This document shows positions 8,031 to 17,716 of a stretch of DNA of 21,179 nucleotides, in pieces; position 1 is the first letter of the stretch, and every line of letters starts with the position of its first letter. The stretch spans positions 1-21,179 of the forward strand of contig JAYKGY010000095.1 of NCBI GenBank assembly GCA_035285545.1, written 5' to 3'. The position numbers were made by a program, and so were the translations under genes. Below the pieces are notes generated by a model that saw only the letters and a program-made list of their open reading frames with translations, had not been told where the DNA came from and did not search any database. The DNA is from Snowella sp. GTDB lineage: Bacteria; Cyanobacteriota; Cyanobacteriia; Cyanobacteriales; Microcystaceae.

Positions 8031-9824
8031 ATGCAATCTTCCCCGTTACCCCGTCGCACGAAAATTGTCGCTACCATCGGCCCCGCCACCCAAAATAAAG
8101 AAGTTTTGCGTCAATTAATTCAAGCGGGGGCAACAACATTTCGCTTAAATTTTTCCCACGGCGATCACGATTATCACCACCACAGTATTCGTTTGATCCG
8201 TCAAACGGCTTTTGAACTGAATCAGCCCGTCGGGATTTTACAGGATTTACAGGGCCCGAAAATTCGGGTTGGCAAGTTTACCAATGCGACCCAATCCATT
8301 GAACTTAAAAATGGTGATCCCTTTATCTTAACCAGCCGTAAAGTGGAATGCTGTCAGGAAATCAGTTCCATTTCCTATGACAACTTAATTGAGGAAGTTC
8401 CCGACGGGGCGCGGATTTTGCTGGATGACGGCAAATTGGAAATGGTGGTCGAAAAAATTGACTACGATAAACAGGATCTACATTGTCGAGTGGTGGTTGG
8501 GGGAACATTATCCAGTAATAAAGGGGTGAATTTCCCCGGCGTTTATCTTTCCATTCGGGCCCTAACCGAAAAAGACAAAGAAGATTTAATGTTTGGGTTG
8601 GATCAGGGGGTGGATTGGGTTGCCCTCAGCTTTGTACGGAATCCAGGCGATATTGATGAAATTAAAAATCTGATTGCTAGTGCAGGAAAATCGGTTCCGG
8701 TGATTGCCAAGATCGAAAAGCATGAAGCGATCGAAGATATGCAAGCCATCTTAGAAAAATGTGATGGAGTGATGGTAGCCAGAGGGGATCTGGGGGTAGA
8801 ATTACCCGCCGAAGATGTTCCCATTTTGCAGAAAAAACTAATTGCTACGGCGAACCAAATCGGCATTCCTGTCATTACCGCAACCCAGATGCTCGATAGT
8901 ATGGTCAACAATCCCCGACCGACTCGTGCCGAAGTTTCTGACGTTGCTAATGCGATTTTGGATGGAACCGATGCGGTGATGTTATCCAATGAGACGGCGA
9001 TCGGGAAGTTTGCGGTTGAAGCTGTTGCCACCATGGCCAGAATCGCAGAACGAATTGAACTGGAACAGATTAATACTCAAACGGCTTCTAATCCTCGGAT
9101 TTCTATTCCTAATGCTATTTCCTCCGCCGTCAGCAATATTGCAGAACAACTCAATGCAGCGGCCATTATGACCTTAACGAAAACCGGATCAACGGCTCGC
9201 AATGTTTCTAAGTTTCGCCCGAAAACCCCTATTTTAGCTGTTACGCCCCATGTGGATGTTTCTCGACAATTGCAGTTAGTGTGGGGAGTTAAACCCTTAT
9301 TGGTGTTAGATCTCCCTTCTACTAGCCAAACCTTCCAAGCCGCGATGAATGTGGCTCAGGAAAATGGTTATCTCCACGATGGGGATCTGGTGGTTATGAC
9401 CGCAGGGACACTCCAAGGGGTGGCAGGGTCAACGGATTTAATTAAAGTCGAAGTCGTAAAAGCGGTTTTGGGTCGTGGTGTGGGAATTGGTCAAGGGGCC
9501 ATTAGTGGTCGGGCGAGAGTTGCCAGTAATCCCCGTGAATTGAGCCAGTTTAATGCCGGAGAGATTTTAGTTGCACCTTCTACTAGTGCGGAATTTGTGG
9601 AAGTGATGCGGAAAGCGGCGGGGATTATTACGGAAGAATCGAGCTTAACGAGCCATGCCGCCGTCATTGGTTTACGGTTAGGGGTTCCTGTGATCGTCGG
9701 TTTCAAACAAGCGACCCAACTGATTCGAGAAGGGACAATTTTGACGTTGGATGCTCAAAAAGGTCTGGTTTATTCCGGCGCGATGCAAAGTTCTCAAGTT
9801 AGCCCACCGGGGGCATTGTTGTAA
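8031..9824 (+). CDS. pyk: Pyruvate kinase with C-terminal PEP-utilising mobile domain
   Basis: TKIVATIGPA, RLNFSHG, DLQGPKIR, MVARGDLGVE, TQMLDSM, RPTRAEVSDVANA; C-terminal TSHAAVIGLRLGVP. Confidence 0.97.
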   Translation: MQSSPLPRRTKIVATIGPATQNKEVLRQLIQAGATTFRLNFSHGDHDYHHHSIRLIRQTAFELNQPVGILQDLQGPKIRVGKFTNATQSIELKNGDPFILTSRKVECCQEISSISYDNLIEEVPDGARILLDDGKLEMVVEKIDYDKQDLHCRVVVGGTLSSNKGVNFPGVYLSIRALTEKDKEDLMFGLDQGVDWVALSFVRNPGDIDEIKNLIASAGKSVPVIAKIEKHEAIEDMQAILEKCDGVMVARGDLGVELPAEDVPILQKKLIATANQIGIPVITATQMLDSMVNNPRPTRAEVSDVANAILDGTDAVMLSNETAIGKFAVEAVATMARIAERIELEQINTQTASNPRISIPNAISSAVSNIAEQLNAAAIMTLTKTGSTARNVSKFRPKTPILAVTPHVDVSRQLQLVWGVKPLLVLDLPSTSQTFQAAMNVAQENGYLHDGDLVVMTAGTLQGVAGSTDLIKVEVVKAVLGRGVGIGQGAISGRARVASNPRELSQFNAGEILVAPSTSAEFVEVMRKAAGIITEESSLTSHAAVIGLRLGVPVIVGFKQATQLIREGTILTLDAQKGLVYSGAMQSSQVSPPGALL

Positions 9825-9913
9825 TCGGTCGAGATCTGCCATATTTCAGCAAGATACAATGGAATTAAAGTCATTGGTGGGTAATAACTCTGAATAAATA
9901 GGGAAAAATAACT

Positions 9914-10300
9914 ATGGTTGCTTTATTGCCAGAATCGATCAAAACAATTGATGATAAATTGTCGAATCGCTATATTGATCTTGATCCAGGTGGTTATTGG
10001 ATTATTTATGTAGATCATGAAGCCCAAGTGCTAGGGGTTAAGCATTTTACCAATAATATCAATGAGCAGGGGTTAGCGGTTGATCCAGAAACGGGAGAGG
10101 TGATTCCCTGTAAAGGCCCCGTAGAACGGAAGCCGACGGTCATTTTAACGGCAAGAACGGCAAAAGAAATGTGTGTTCAACTATTTGAAAGTGACACAAG
10201 CTGTCCGGTCACGATGTTGAATCATGCGGCCTATCTGGGGCGGGAATTGGTGCGGGCGGAGTATGCATTGATCAATGGGACGGAATATATTCAGGATTAA
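9914..10300 (+). CDS. DUF4346 domain protein
   Basis: LDPGGY.IIY ... HAAYLGRELVRAE.AL..G.EYIQD. Confidence 0.8.
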   Translation: MVALLPESIKTIDDKLSNRYIDLDPGGYWIIYVDHEAQVLGVKHFTNNINEQGLAVDPETGEVIPCKGPVERKPTVILTARTAKEMCVQLFESDTSCPVTMLNHAAYLGRELVRAEYALINGTEYIQD

Positions 10301-10320
10301 TGCTGATTAATTCAAAAATC

Positions 10321-10959
10321 TTAAGTGCCAAAGCGTTCTCGTAGTTCCTTATCTAAATGGGAGCGATCGCCCATCGTATGAATGAGGGGGCCATTTTCTG
10401 CCATTTCCACAATGCTCACGGAAGCAACCGGCATCCCAATGCGATCGCGGTAACGCCCGATATCGATCCCTAATAAGCTACTCAAAATAATGCGAATAGT
10501 GGCCTTGTGGGAAACGACTAAGATGTTGCCCTCATAAAAGGTTTGTTCAATTTCTTCTAGCACTTCCGAACTGCGCCGCGCAATATCAATGCCTTTTTCA
10601 CCACCTGTAGGGGCATTCCAACCTGGATCAGCCAACCAACGCACATAATCGTCATGGAATTCTAGGTTAACTTCCGCAGGCGTTTTACCTTCCCATTTCC
10701 CGTAGGCAATTTCTTTTAGCCCATCTCGTCGTTGAATTTTTAAGCCCACGCGATCGCTTAAGGGTTGAGCCGTGGCCATGGTGCGATGTAAGGGACTAGA
10801 AAAAATCGCTTCCCACTTGAGGTGTTGATAAGCTTCTGCAAATTGCTCTGCCATGCGATAGCCTTCTTCAGTCAAGTCAATATTAATACGACCGCAATAG
10901 GTTCCCGTTTGGCTAGAAGTCGTTTCACCGTGACGCAGAAAATACAGGTTCAGGCCCAT
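10321..10959 (-). CDS. Histidine phosphatase (phosphoglycerate mutase family)
   Basis: LRHGET, SSPL.R, E...G.WEG, VSH motifs. Confidence 0.92.
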   Translation of the reverse strand: MGLNLYFLRHGETTSSQTGTYCGRINIDLTEEGYRMAEQFAEAYQHLKWEAIFSSPLHRTMATAQPLSDRVGLKIQRRDGLKEIAYGKWEGKTPAEVNLEFHDDYVRWLADPGWNAPTGGEKGIDIARRSSEVLEEIEQTFYEGNILVVSHKATIRIILSSLLGIDIGRYRDRIGMPVASVSIVEMAENGPLIHTMGDRSHLDKELRERFGT

Positions 10960-11073
10960 AGAAAAGCTCAGAAAGTCAAAATCGTTAAATATAAACTATA
11001 TTATATTGATTGTTTTTGGTAACGTTTTGCGGATTACGCTTTTTTAAATTCTTGCTTAAAAAAATATTGACTT

Positions 11074-11649
11074 ATGGTACTTACCCCTTCGACGATGCTA
11101 GCGTTGGGCACTCAAGCTCCCGATTTTCATCTACCGGATGTCGTGTCTGGAACTATCATTTCTTTAGAAACTTTTAACCCCAAAAAAGCATTATTGGTGA
11201 TGTTTATTTGTCGGCATTGCCCCTTTGTTAAACACATTCAACAGCAATTAGCCCAACTCGGACAAGATTACGTCAATACCAAACTAGGAATAATCGCGAT
11301 TAGTTCCAATGATGCGGAAAAATATCCCGATGATGCCCCAGAAAGTTTAAAAACAATGGCGACTGAATTAGGGTTTACTTTTCCTGTGTGTTACGACGCA
11401 ACCCAGGCGATCGCGAAAGCCTACACTGCGGCCTGTACCCCTGATTTTTTTCTCTTTGATGCCCAACGCCATTTGGTGTATCGCGGCCAACTGGATGAGA
11501 GTCGGCCCAGCAATGGTTTACCCGTAACAGGTTCCGATCTTCGTCAAGCAATTAATTCCGTCTTAGCGGATCAACCGATTGACCCTAATCAAAAGCCCAG
11601 TATTGGTTGCAACATCAAATGGAAAGCAGGCAATGAACCCAAGTATTAA
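11074..11649 (+). CDS. Thioredoxin-family / AhpC-TSA (peroxiredoxin-like) protein
   Basis: FICRHCPFV, ACTPDFFLFD, YRGQLD, SIGCNIKW. Confidence 0.92.
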   Translation: MVLTPSTMLALGTQAPDFHLPDVVSGTIISLETFNPKKALLVMFICRHCPFVKHIQQQLAQLGQDYVNTKLGIIAISSNDAEKYPDDAPESLKTMATELGFTFPVCYDATQAIAKAYTAACTPDFFLFDAQRHLVYRGQLDESRPSNGLPVTGSDLRQAINSVLADQPIDPNQKPSIGCNIKWKAGNEPKY

Positions 11650-11672
11650 TCTTTCAACTCAAATCATTGCTC

Positions 11673-11701
11673 TTGAAAGAAAGTAACTTATACGTTACTC
11701 T
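11673..11701 (+). promoter_or_regulatory. Sigma70-type promoter with an embedded palindromic operator for the downstream TA operon
   Basis: TTGAAA (11673-78), 17-bp spacer, TACTCT (11696-701). The palindrome AGTAAC-N6-GTTACT at 11682-11699 spans the spacer and overlaps the -10. Confidence 0.6.
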
Positions 11702-11730
11702 AATGCCATAAGCTTGATTCAATCACTTCA

Positions 11731-12057
11731 ATGCGAGTTCAAGAATATGTCAGAGAAAATGGTTCAAATCCTTATCAAAAATGGTTTGACAGTTTAGATG
11801 CTCAAGCCGCAGCCAAAGTTGCAGTCGCCAGATCTCGCCTAGAGTTGGGTAATCTTTCCAATGTCAAATGGTTTAAAGGAGTTGGTGAATACAAAATTGA
11901 CTATGGGCCAGGTTATCGGATTTACTTAGTGCAGGAAGGACGACAGCTTATTATTCTCTTGGGTGGTGGAAGTAAAAAACATCAGCAATCTGATATTCAA
12001 CAAGCTCTTTCGCTTTACCAAGAATATAAAAAACGTAAAAAAGATACAAAAAATTGA
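11731..12057 (+). CDS. RelE/ParE-family toxin (addiction module killer protein, HigB-like)
   Basis: GSNPYQKWFDSL...RLELGNLSNVK...EYKIDYGPGYRIY...LLGGGSKKHQQSDI. Confidence 0.9.
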   Translation: MRVQEYVRENGSNPYQKWFDSLDAQAAAKVAVARSRLELGNLSNVKWFKGVGEYKIDYGPGYRIYLVQEGRQLIILLGGGSKKHQQSDIQQALSLYQEYKKRKKDTKN

Positions 12058-12066
12058 ATAATAGTC

Positions 12067-12390
12067 ATGGTATTAATGAGAGATTCTAACGAAACCGTTA
12101 ATTTACGCATTCAACGTGATCCGCTATTTGCCCAAGCTTTATTAGATGAAGCTATTTCGTTATTTCTTAATGGTGAACCCGAAACTGCCAGATTAATTTT
12201 AAGAAATTTGGTTAATGCTACTATTGGATTTGAAGAACTGGCTCTAGAGACAGCTAAACCCAGTAAAAGTCTACATCGGATGTTATCAGCTAAAGGCAAT
12301 CCTACAATGGATAATTTAACTCTGATTTTAAACGTTTTACGAAAAAAGCTGAACGTTGCAATTACAGTTCAGACCGTATCCTGTGCTTAA
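12067..12390 (+). CDS. HTH antitoxin / addiction module antidote protein
   Basis: GFEELA..T.KPSKSLHRMLS.KGNPTMDNL HTH; lies directly downstream of the toxin. Confidence 0.88.
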   Translation: MVLMRDSNETVNLRIQRDPLFAQALLDEAISLFLNGEPETARLILRNLVNATIGFEELALETAKPSKSLHRMLSAKGNPTMDNLTLILNVLRKKLNVAITVQTVSCA

Positions 12391-12469
12391 GCTCTCAATT
12401 AGCTGCAAAAAAGACGACCATGATTTGTTTGATCGCCTCTTTTCAAATTGGACTAGAGCTAAGAGTTTG

Positions 12470-13501
12470 TTATCCTTGCCAATTGGCCCAATCTTGAGGA
12501 ACTAAAAAGCGTTCTGTTAATTCGGCTTCAGGGCTATTCGGTTCTGGGGTATAGCAATATTCCCAACGAACCAAGGGAGGGAGAGACATCAAAATCGATT
12601 CGGTGCGGCCATTGGTTTGTAGCCCAAAAATCGTTCCTCGGTCATAAACCAAGTTAAATTCTACATACCGTCCCCGTCGATAGAGTTGGAAATTCCGTTC
12701 GCGATCGCCGTATTCCGTATTGCGACGTTTTTCCACAATGGGAGAATAGGCCGGTAAAAAGGCACGACCACAATCTTGAGCAAAGGAAAACAGTTCTTCC
12801 CAAGTCAAAGGTTCCATCGGGGGTAATTCATTGCTGTAAAGGGCAGCCGCTTTGTCGGGATGGGGGCCACGATACAGGGGAGATTTACCGTCTTGGTAAT
12901 CAAAGAAAATACCACCAACACCGCGCGTTTCCTGACGATGGTTTAAATAAAAATATTCATCACACCAACGCTTAAAGACAGGATAAAATTCAGTGTTCGT
13001 TTTATCACAAGCTGCTTTTAAAGTACGGTGAAAATTAGCCGCATCTTCTGCAAAGGCGTAATAGGGGGTTAAATCAATGCCGCCACCAAACCACCAAACC
13101 GGGCCTGCTTCAAAGTAACGATAATTTAAGTGAACCGTTGGAACATAGGGATTATGGGGATGCAACACCATCGATGTACCTGTGGCATAGAAGCCATGAC
13201 CCGCCGCTTCAGGACGTTGTTTTAAAATCGAGGGGGGTAATTCTTTTCCCCAGACTTCCGAAAAGTTAACGCCACCTTGCTCTAAGAAATCTCCATCTCT
13301 TAACACCCGCGATCGCCCGCCGCCACCTTCTTCTCGTTCCCAACTATCTTCCCGAAACTTGCCGACACCATCGAGTTTTTCCAATCCCTGACAAATTTCA
13401 TCCTGAATACTTTTCATGAAATGGCTAACTCGTTGTTTAGCATCAGCAGGCGGAAGAAATGCTTGAGTTGAAGACGGGCTATCAGTGAGGGAAACGGTCA
13501 T
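12470..13501 (-). CDS. hemF: Oxygen-dependent coproporphyrinogen III oxidase
   Basis: [61 protein letters not shown]. Confidence 0.97.
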   Translation of the reverse strand: MTVSLTDSPSSTQAFLPPADAKQRVSHFMKSIQDEICQGLEKLDGVGKFREDSWEREEGGGGRSRVLRDGDFLEQGGVNFSEVWGKELPPSILKQRPEAAGHGFYATGTSMVLHPHNPYVPTVHLNYRYFEAGPVWWFGGGIDLTPYYAFAEDAANFHRTLKAACDKTNTEFYPVFKRWCDEYFYLNHRQETRGVGGIFFDYQDGKSPLYRGPHPDKAAALYSNELPPMEPLTWEELFSFAQDCGRAFLPAYSPIVEKRRNTEYGDRERNFQLYRRGRYVEFNLVYDRGTIFGLQTNGRTESILMSLPPLVRWEYCYTPEPNSPEAELTERFLVPQDWANWQG

Positions 13502-13629
13502 AATATCAAATGTTTTTTGTAATGAATTGTCATATTTAGGGTTGTTCTTTATCGAATATTCAGTCTATGCTCGATAAAGACAAACGGTCACTTTTAATAC
13601 TTTACGATTAGTTTAACGATTCCGTAAAC

Positions 13630-13800
13630 CAGGACAAAGTAATCTTAATTTGACATCCTCTCTTCCGTAAAGGAAAGGGATTCCTAAACCTCACGATTTA
13701 GATTTCTGCTTCATCGCAACTGCCTCTACCCTCAAGGAGTTTTATGGTCTTACGTTCGCTCCACAGACTATCCCCGCAAGCCCTGCGGTTCTTATGTATC
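13630..13800 (-). ncRNA. Putative TnpB omegaRNA/reRNA scaffold plus flanking guide
   Basis: Position at the IS605 right end, overlapping the tnpB tail. Hairpins CCGCAG/TTGCGG, CTAAATC-GTGA-GGTTTAG and the terminal hairpin. The predicted guide ATTAAGATTACTTTGTCCTG follows TCAA. The 5' boundary is approximate. Confidence 0.55.
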
Positions 13801-14021
13801 GATTTTCAACAGAAAGACTGTTGTTGGTTGACTCAAGGGGTGGACTTCCCATTGCCCTCTCCTCTTTTCCCGGTCTACCGAGCTTTCTGCGCCACTGGAT
13901 TAAACCAGATTTCGTCACGTTTAGGCTGTCTGTTACGTCTGCGTCGCGGGTGGGTCAGTGACCGAGTACAATTTTAACATAAGGCCCTCCTGAAGGAGGC
14001 GGTTTTAGTCCCCATTTTTCG
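13650..14021 (-). mobile_element. Non-autonomous IS200/IS605-family element (372 bp; no tnpA, only a tnpB tail)
   Basis: Minus strand: TTAT|CGAAAAATGGGGACT-AAAA-CC-hairpin GCCTCCTTCAGGAGGGC (left end) ... TnpB-like tail RTAGLAGIVCGANVRP* (13792-13742) ... GAAT-CCCTTTCCTTTACGGAAGAGAGGATG-TCAA| (right end). Confidence 0.85.
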
Positions 14022-14062
14022 ATAAGATCGAGAGTTCTTGGTGGTTTCCTGTAGTAGTACGT

Positions 14063-14569
14063 TTGTTTGGACAGCTGATCAGGAGAGTCGAGTTGATTCT
14101 AAATTTTTCCTTTAAGTTAATTGCAGCACAGGGAAAATTATTTTGCACCTTTTCCCTGTATAAGACCTATCGAGTGGTCAGTACTGCCCCAGTGGATGTT
14201 CTTTGGCGAAAAATTGTTAATTTAGCTGATGTTTCTTGGCATCCTCTGTTTTCTAAGACTTATGTGCCCTTGGGATTACTACCTAAGCCTGGCTTAATTT
14301 ATCAAGCGGTAACTCGACTGACACCGATTCCGATTCGTTTGTTTGTGGAGAATGTTCGGCCTGGAGAATTATTGAGTTTGCGGGTCTTGGCAATTCCAGG
14401 AATGGAACAGAAGATCACCTATCAGATCGAATCAACGGTCTGCGGAACCTATATTTCCTATTCGGTAACCCTGCGGGGTTGGTTATCCCCGTTTATTTGG
14501 TGGTTGATAAAGCCCTATTCGGATCGAGTGGCTAGGGATTTGGCAAGTGCGGCTGAGCGTTTAGTTTGA
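14063..14569 (+). CDS. SRPBCC / polyketide cyclase-family protein (start codon uncertain)
   Basis: S.APVDVLWRKIVNLADVSWHP ... GTYISYSVTLRGWLSP; START-like fold pattern. Confidence 0.75.
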   Translation: MFGQLIRRVELILNFSFKLIAAQGKLFCTFSLYKTYRVVSTAPVDVLWRKIVNLADVSWHPLFSKTYVPLGLLPKPGLIYQAVTRLTPIPIRLFVENVRPGELLSLRVLAIPGMEQKITYQIESTVCGTYISYSVTLRGWLSPFIWWLIKPYSDRVARDLASAAERLV

Positions 14570-14667
14570 TTGATCAGATTATTCTAGATAAATTGATTTT
14601 ATTGAGACCCTTGTTTCTTGAAATGTAAAGTTTTACATCGATTTTTAACCCTTCTGATTTTTTCCCT

Positions 14668-17250
14668 ATGTCCTACTTAACCTTTGATACCGAAGAGAAC
14701 CAACGTAAATCCTTTGAACTTCCAGGTGCAAAACCTCACTACAACCCCGATCGCCCTGGTCAAGTTAATCATATTTTTTTAGATTTAAAATTAAATATTC
14801 CCGAAAAATCTTTCTCTGGCATTTGTAAAATCACTTTAACTCCCATTCGCTCTGGTGTTAGCCAATTAGTATTAGATGCGGTTAATTTAGGGATTCAATC
14901 CGTATTCATTCAAAATATTAGCCAACCTTTTGAATACGATGACGAAAAATTAATTATTAATTTATTACAACCGTTATCTGAGAAAACAACTGTTATTGAA
15001 ATTCATTATCAAGTTAAGCAACCCCAACGTGGCTTATATTTCATTGAACCTGATCAACACTATCCCAATAAACCTGTGCAAGTTTGGACGCAGGGAGAAG
15101 ATGAAGATTCACGCTTTTGGTTTCCCTGTTTTGACTACCCAGGGCAGTTAGCAACCTCAGAGATTCGGGTACAAATTCCCCAGCCTTATATGGCCATTTC
15201 TAACGGGGAATTAATTCAAGTTGAAGAGTTAGAAACAGAGCGAATTTATCATTGGTCGCAGCAACAAATTCACCCCACCTATTTAATGACCTTAGCGGTT
15301 GGAGATTTTGCCGAATTAAAGGATCACTATCAGGATATTCCCGTTAATTATTACGTGGAAAAGGGGCGCGAAGCGGATGGATTAAGAAGCATGGGAAAAA
15401 CGCCGAAGATGATAGAATTTTTTGCTAAAGCGTTTGGTTATCCCTATCCTTTCCCGAAATATGCTCAAGTGTGTGTGGATGACTTTATCTTTGGGGGCAT
15501 GGAAAATACCTCCACGACTCTGTTAACCGATCGCTGTTTGTTGGATGAACGGGCAGCATTAGATAACCGCAATACGGAAAGTTTAGTCGCCCATGAGTTG
15601 GCCCATCAATGGTTTGGCGATTTAGTGGTCATTAAACATTGGTCACACGCCTGGATCAAGGAAGGAATGGCTTCCTACTCTGAAGTGCTGTGGACAGATG
15701 CTGAATATGGCTCGAATGATGCGGCTTATTATTTATTAGGTGAAGCCCGCAATTATTTAGATGAAGATGCCTCTCGTTATCGTCGCCCTATTGTGACCAA
15801 TATTTATCGAGAAGCCATTGAATTATATGACCGTCACCTCTACGAAAAAGGGGCCTGCGTTTATCACATGATCCGTACCATTTTAGGAGAAGAATTATTT
15901 ACCAAAACGATTCATACGTTTGTACAGGATAATGCCCATAAAACCGTTGAAACCATTGATTTATTAAGAGCCATTGAGAAAGCAACAGGATTTAATTTAC
16001 TGTGGTTATTTGATCAGTATGTTTTTCGCGGAGGGCATCCCGATTACCACGTTTCCTACAGTTGGGATCACGATAGCCAATTGGCCAAATTAACAGTCAA
16101 ACAAACTCAAATTAGCGAAGGACAAAACGGTAATTTAAAAGATTTATTTGATTTAACCATTCCTGTCAGCTTTAATTGGTTACAAGCGGGACAGATTAAA
16201 AGTAAAACCATTAAATTAAAACTCAACGAACGGGAACAAAGTTTTTATTTACCCCTAGAATTAAAACCCGATTTTGTGAGCTTTGATGTCGGTAATAATT
16301 TCTTAAAAACGGTTGAATTAGAGTATCCCCTATCCGAATTAAAAGCCCAACTAAAACATGATCCCGATCCCGTTTCTCGCATCTATGCCGCGATCGCGTT
16401 GGCCAAGAAAGGGGGATTAGAAGCGATTGACGCACTCAAAGAAAGTTTATTGACCGATCCTTTTTGGGGGGTACGGGTTGAAGTCGCCGAGCAGTTAGCT
16501 AATATTAAGTTAGACCAAGCTGCATCAGCCTTGATTGAAGGCTTAAGTAATGAAAATCCTAAAGTTCGTCGTGCTATCCTCAGCAGTTTGAGTCAGGTTA
16601 AAACCCCAGAAAGTTACGCTGCCCTTAAACGGTGTTTAGAAGCAGGAGAAGCCAGCTACTATGCCGAAGCCGCTGCCGCATCGGGGTTAGGTTCCATTAT
16701 TTCAGGACATTTAAAATCTCAAGAAAGTGAAGTCATTACCCTATTAAAATCAGTATTGGAACAACGGGCGGGCTGGAATGAAGTGGTGCGTTGTGGCGCG
16801 ATCGCGGGTTTGAGTCAGCTTAAAACATCGGGAGAGGCGGTAGATATTATCCTGTCCTACACGGCATTAGGAACTCCCCAACCCTTACGCCTTGCCTCAA
16901 TTCGAGCATTAGGAGCCATTTCCACCGGCCAAACCCCCGATAAACTCACCTTGATTTTGGATCGATTAGCAGCGATCTCTCAGGAATCTTTCTTTTTAAC
17001 TCAGGTTGCGGTGGCTTCATCGTTGGGACAAATGGAAACCCCCAAAGCTATCGGTATCTTGCAATCCTTGACTAATCAAACCCCTGATGGTCGGGTGCGT
17101 CGGTTAGCGGAAGAAGCGATCGCGAAAGTTCAGAAAAATTTAGGTTCTGATAAAGGTCTTAAGGAATTACGAGAAACCCTAGACCAGATTAAGCAGGAAA
17201 ATCAGGAACTTAAGAGCCGTTTAGCGAAATTAGAAGCCCAAACAAGTTAA
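14668..17250 (+). CDS. pepN: M1-family aminopeptidase N with C-terminal HEAT repeats and coiled coil
   Basis: GGMEN and HELAHQWFG-x-IKEG zinc motif, YEKGA, HEAT repeats, C-terminal coiled coil. Confidence 0.93.
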   Translation: MSYLTFDTEENQRKSFELPGAKPHYNPDRPGQVNHIFLDLKLNIPEKSFSGICKITLTPIRSGVSQLVLDAVNLGIQSVFIQNISQPFEYDDEKLIINLLQPLSEKTTVIEIHYQVKQPQRGLYFIEPDQHYPNKPVQVWTQGEDEDSRFWFPCFDYPGQLATSEIRVQIPQPYMAISNGELIQVEELETERIYHWSQQQIHPTYLMTLAVGDFAELKDHYQDIPVNYYVEKGREADGLRSMGKTPKMIEFFAKAFGYPYPFPKYAQVCVDDFIFGGMENTSTTLLTDRCLLDERAALDNRNTESLVAHELAHQWFGDLVVIKHWSHAWIKEGMASYSEVLWTDAEYGSNDAAYYLLGEARNYLDEDASRYRRPIVTNIYREAIELYDRHLYEKGACVYHMIRTILGEELFTKTIHTFVQDNAHKTVETIDLLRAIEKATGFNLLWLFDQYVFRGGHPDYHVSYSWDHDSQLAKLTVKQTQISEGQNGNLKDLFDLTIPVSFNWLQAGQIKSKTIKLKLNEREQSFYLPLELKPDFVSFDVGNNFLKTVELEYPLSELKAQLKHDPDPVSRIYAAIALAKKGGLEAIDALKESLLTDPFWGVRVEVAEQLANIKLDQAASALIEGLSNENPKVRRAILSSLSQVKTPESYAALKRCLEAGEASYYAEAAAASGLGSIISGHLKSQESEVITLLKSVLEQRAGWNEVVRCGAIAGLSQLKTSGEAVDIILSYTALGTPQPLRLASIRALGAISTGQTPDKLTLILDRLAAISQESFFLTQVAVASSLGQMETPKAIGILQSLTNQTPDGRVRRLAEEAIAKVQKNLGSDKGLKELRETLDQIKQENQELKSRLAKLEAQTS

Positions 17251-17284
17251 ATTTGGGTATTACGTTACTTCGCAATTTACTGTG

Positions 17285-17716
17285 TTATTGCACCGAAACA
17301 GAAGTTTTGGGGCTAACTGCGAACTCTAGCTGTGAACGGTAGAAGCAAACATCAAATTCCATGAAGAAATTGACCTGTCCCAAAATTAGCGGCACAGTGG
17401 TAGCTTTTGTCCAGGCAAATACCAGTTGCACAGGCTCAAATTGCCCAACGACAGCTTGCACAAGAACGACACGCGCTTCGTATTGAGCCAAATTTCCTGT
17501 CAAGCTCAGGGATGTTGTTTGCCGTTCCCAAGTGTAACCAAGCTCAACTCCAATTGGATACGGCAACACATTGATACTTGCGCCAGTATCTAAAAGAGCG
17601 GGTGTAGGAACAGTAATTTGTTTGTGAAACAGGGTAAATGGCAAATAGGGACGAAAGCTGGCTTCACCTAAAGTTGGATCGCCTGAAAGAAATGGATATC
17701 GTTCAGGATTACGCAT
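17285..17716 (-). CDS. Retropepsin-like aspartyl protease (module copy 2)
   Basis: LLDTGASINVLPY and VPLILGQVNFFMEFDV. Start re-assigned to ATG 17716, which overlaps the upstream stop (ATGCGTAA). Confidence 0.85.
   Translation of the reverse strand: MRNPERYPFLSGDPTLGEASFRPYLPFTLFHKQITVPTPALLDTGASINVLPYPIGVELGYTWERQTTSLSLTGNLAQYEARVVLVQAVVGQFEPVQLVFAWTKATTVPLILGQVNFFMEFDVCFYRSQLEFAVSPKTSVSVQ

Noticed and set aside
8603..9706. ORFs 8603-9034, 8989-9171 and 9491-9706
   Set aside because: Shadow ORFs within pyk.
10822..12299. ORFs 10822-11022 and 12111-12299
   Set aside because: Antisense to the histidine phosphatase and antitoxin genes.
13744..13977. 77-aa plus-strand ORF
   Set aside because: Lies antisense within the IS605 derivative and has no protein motif; the region is better explained as structured RNA and IS ends.
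13800..13980. Possible tRNA, group I (IStron) or group II intron in the IS insert
   Set aside because: Only a T-loop-like hairpin is present. I found no cloverleaf, group I core or group II domain V.
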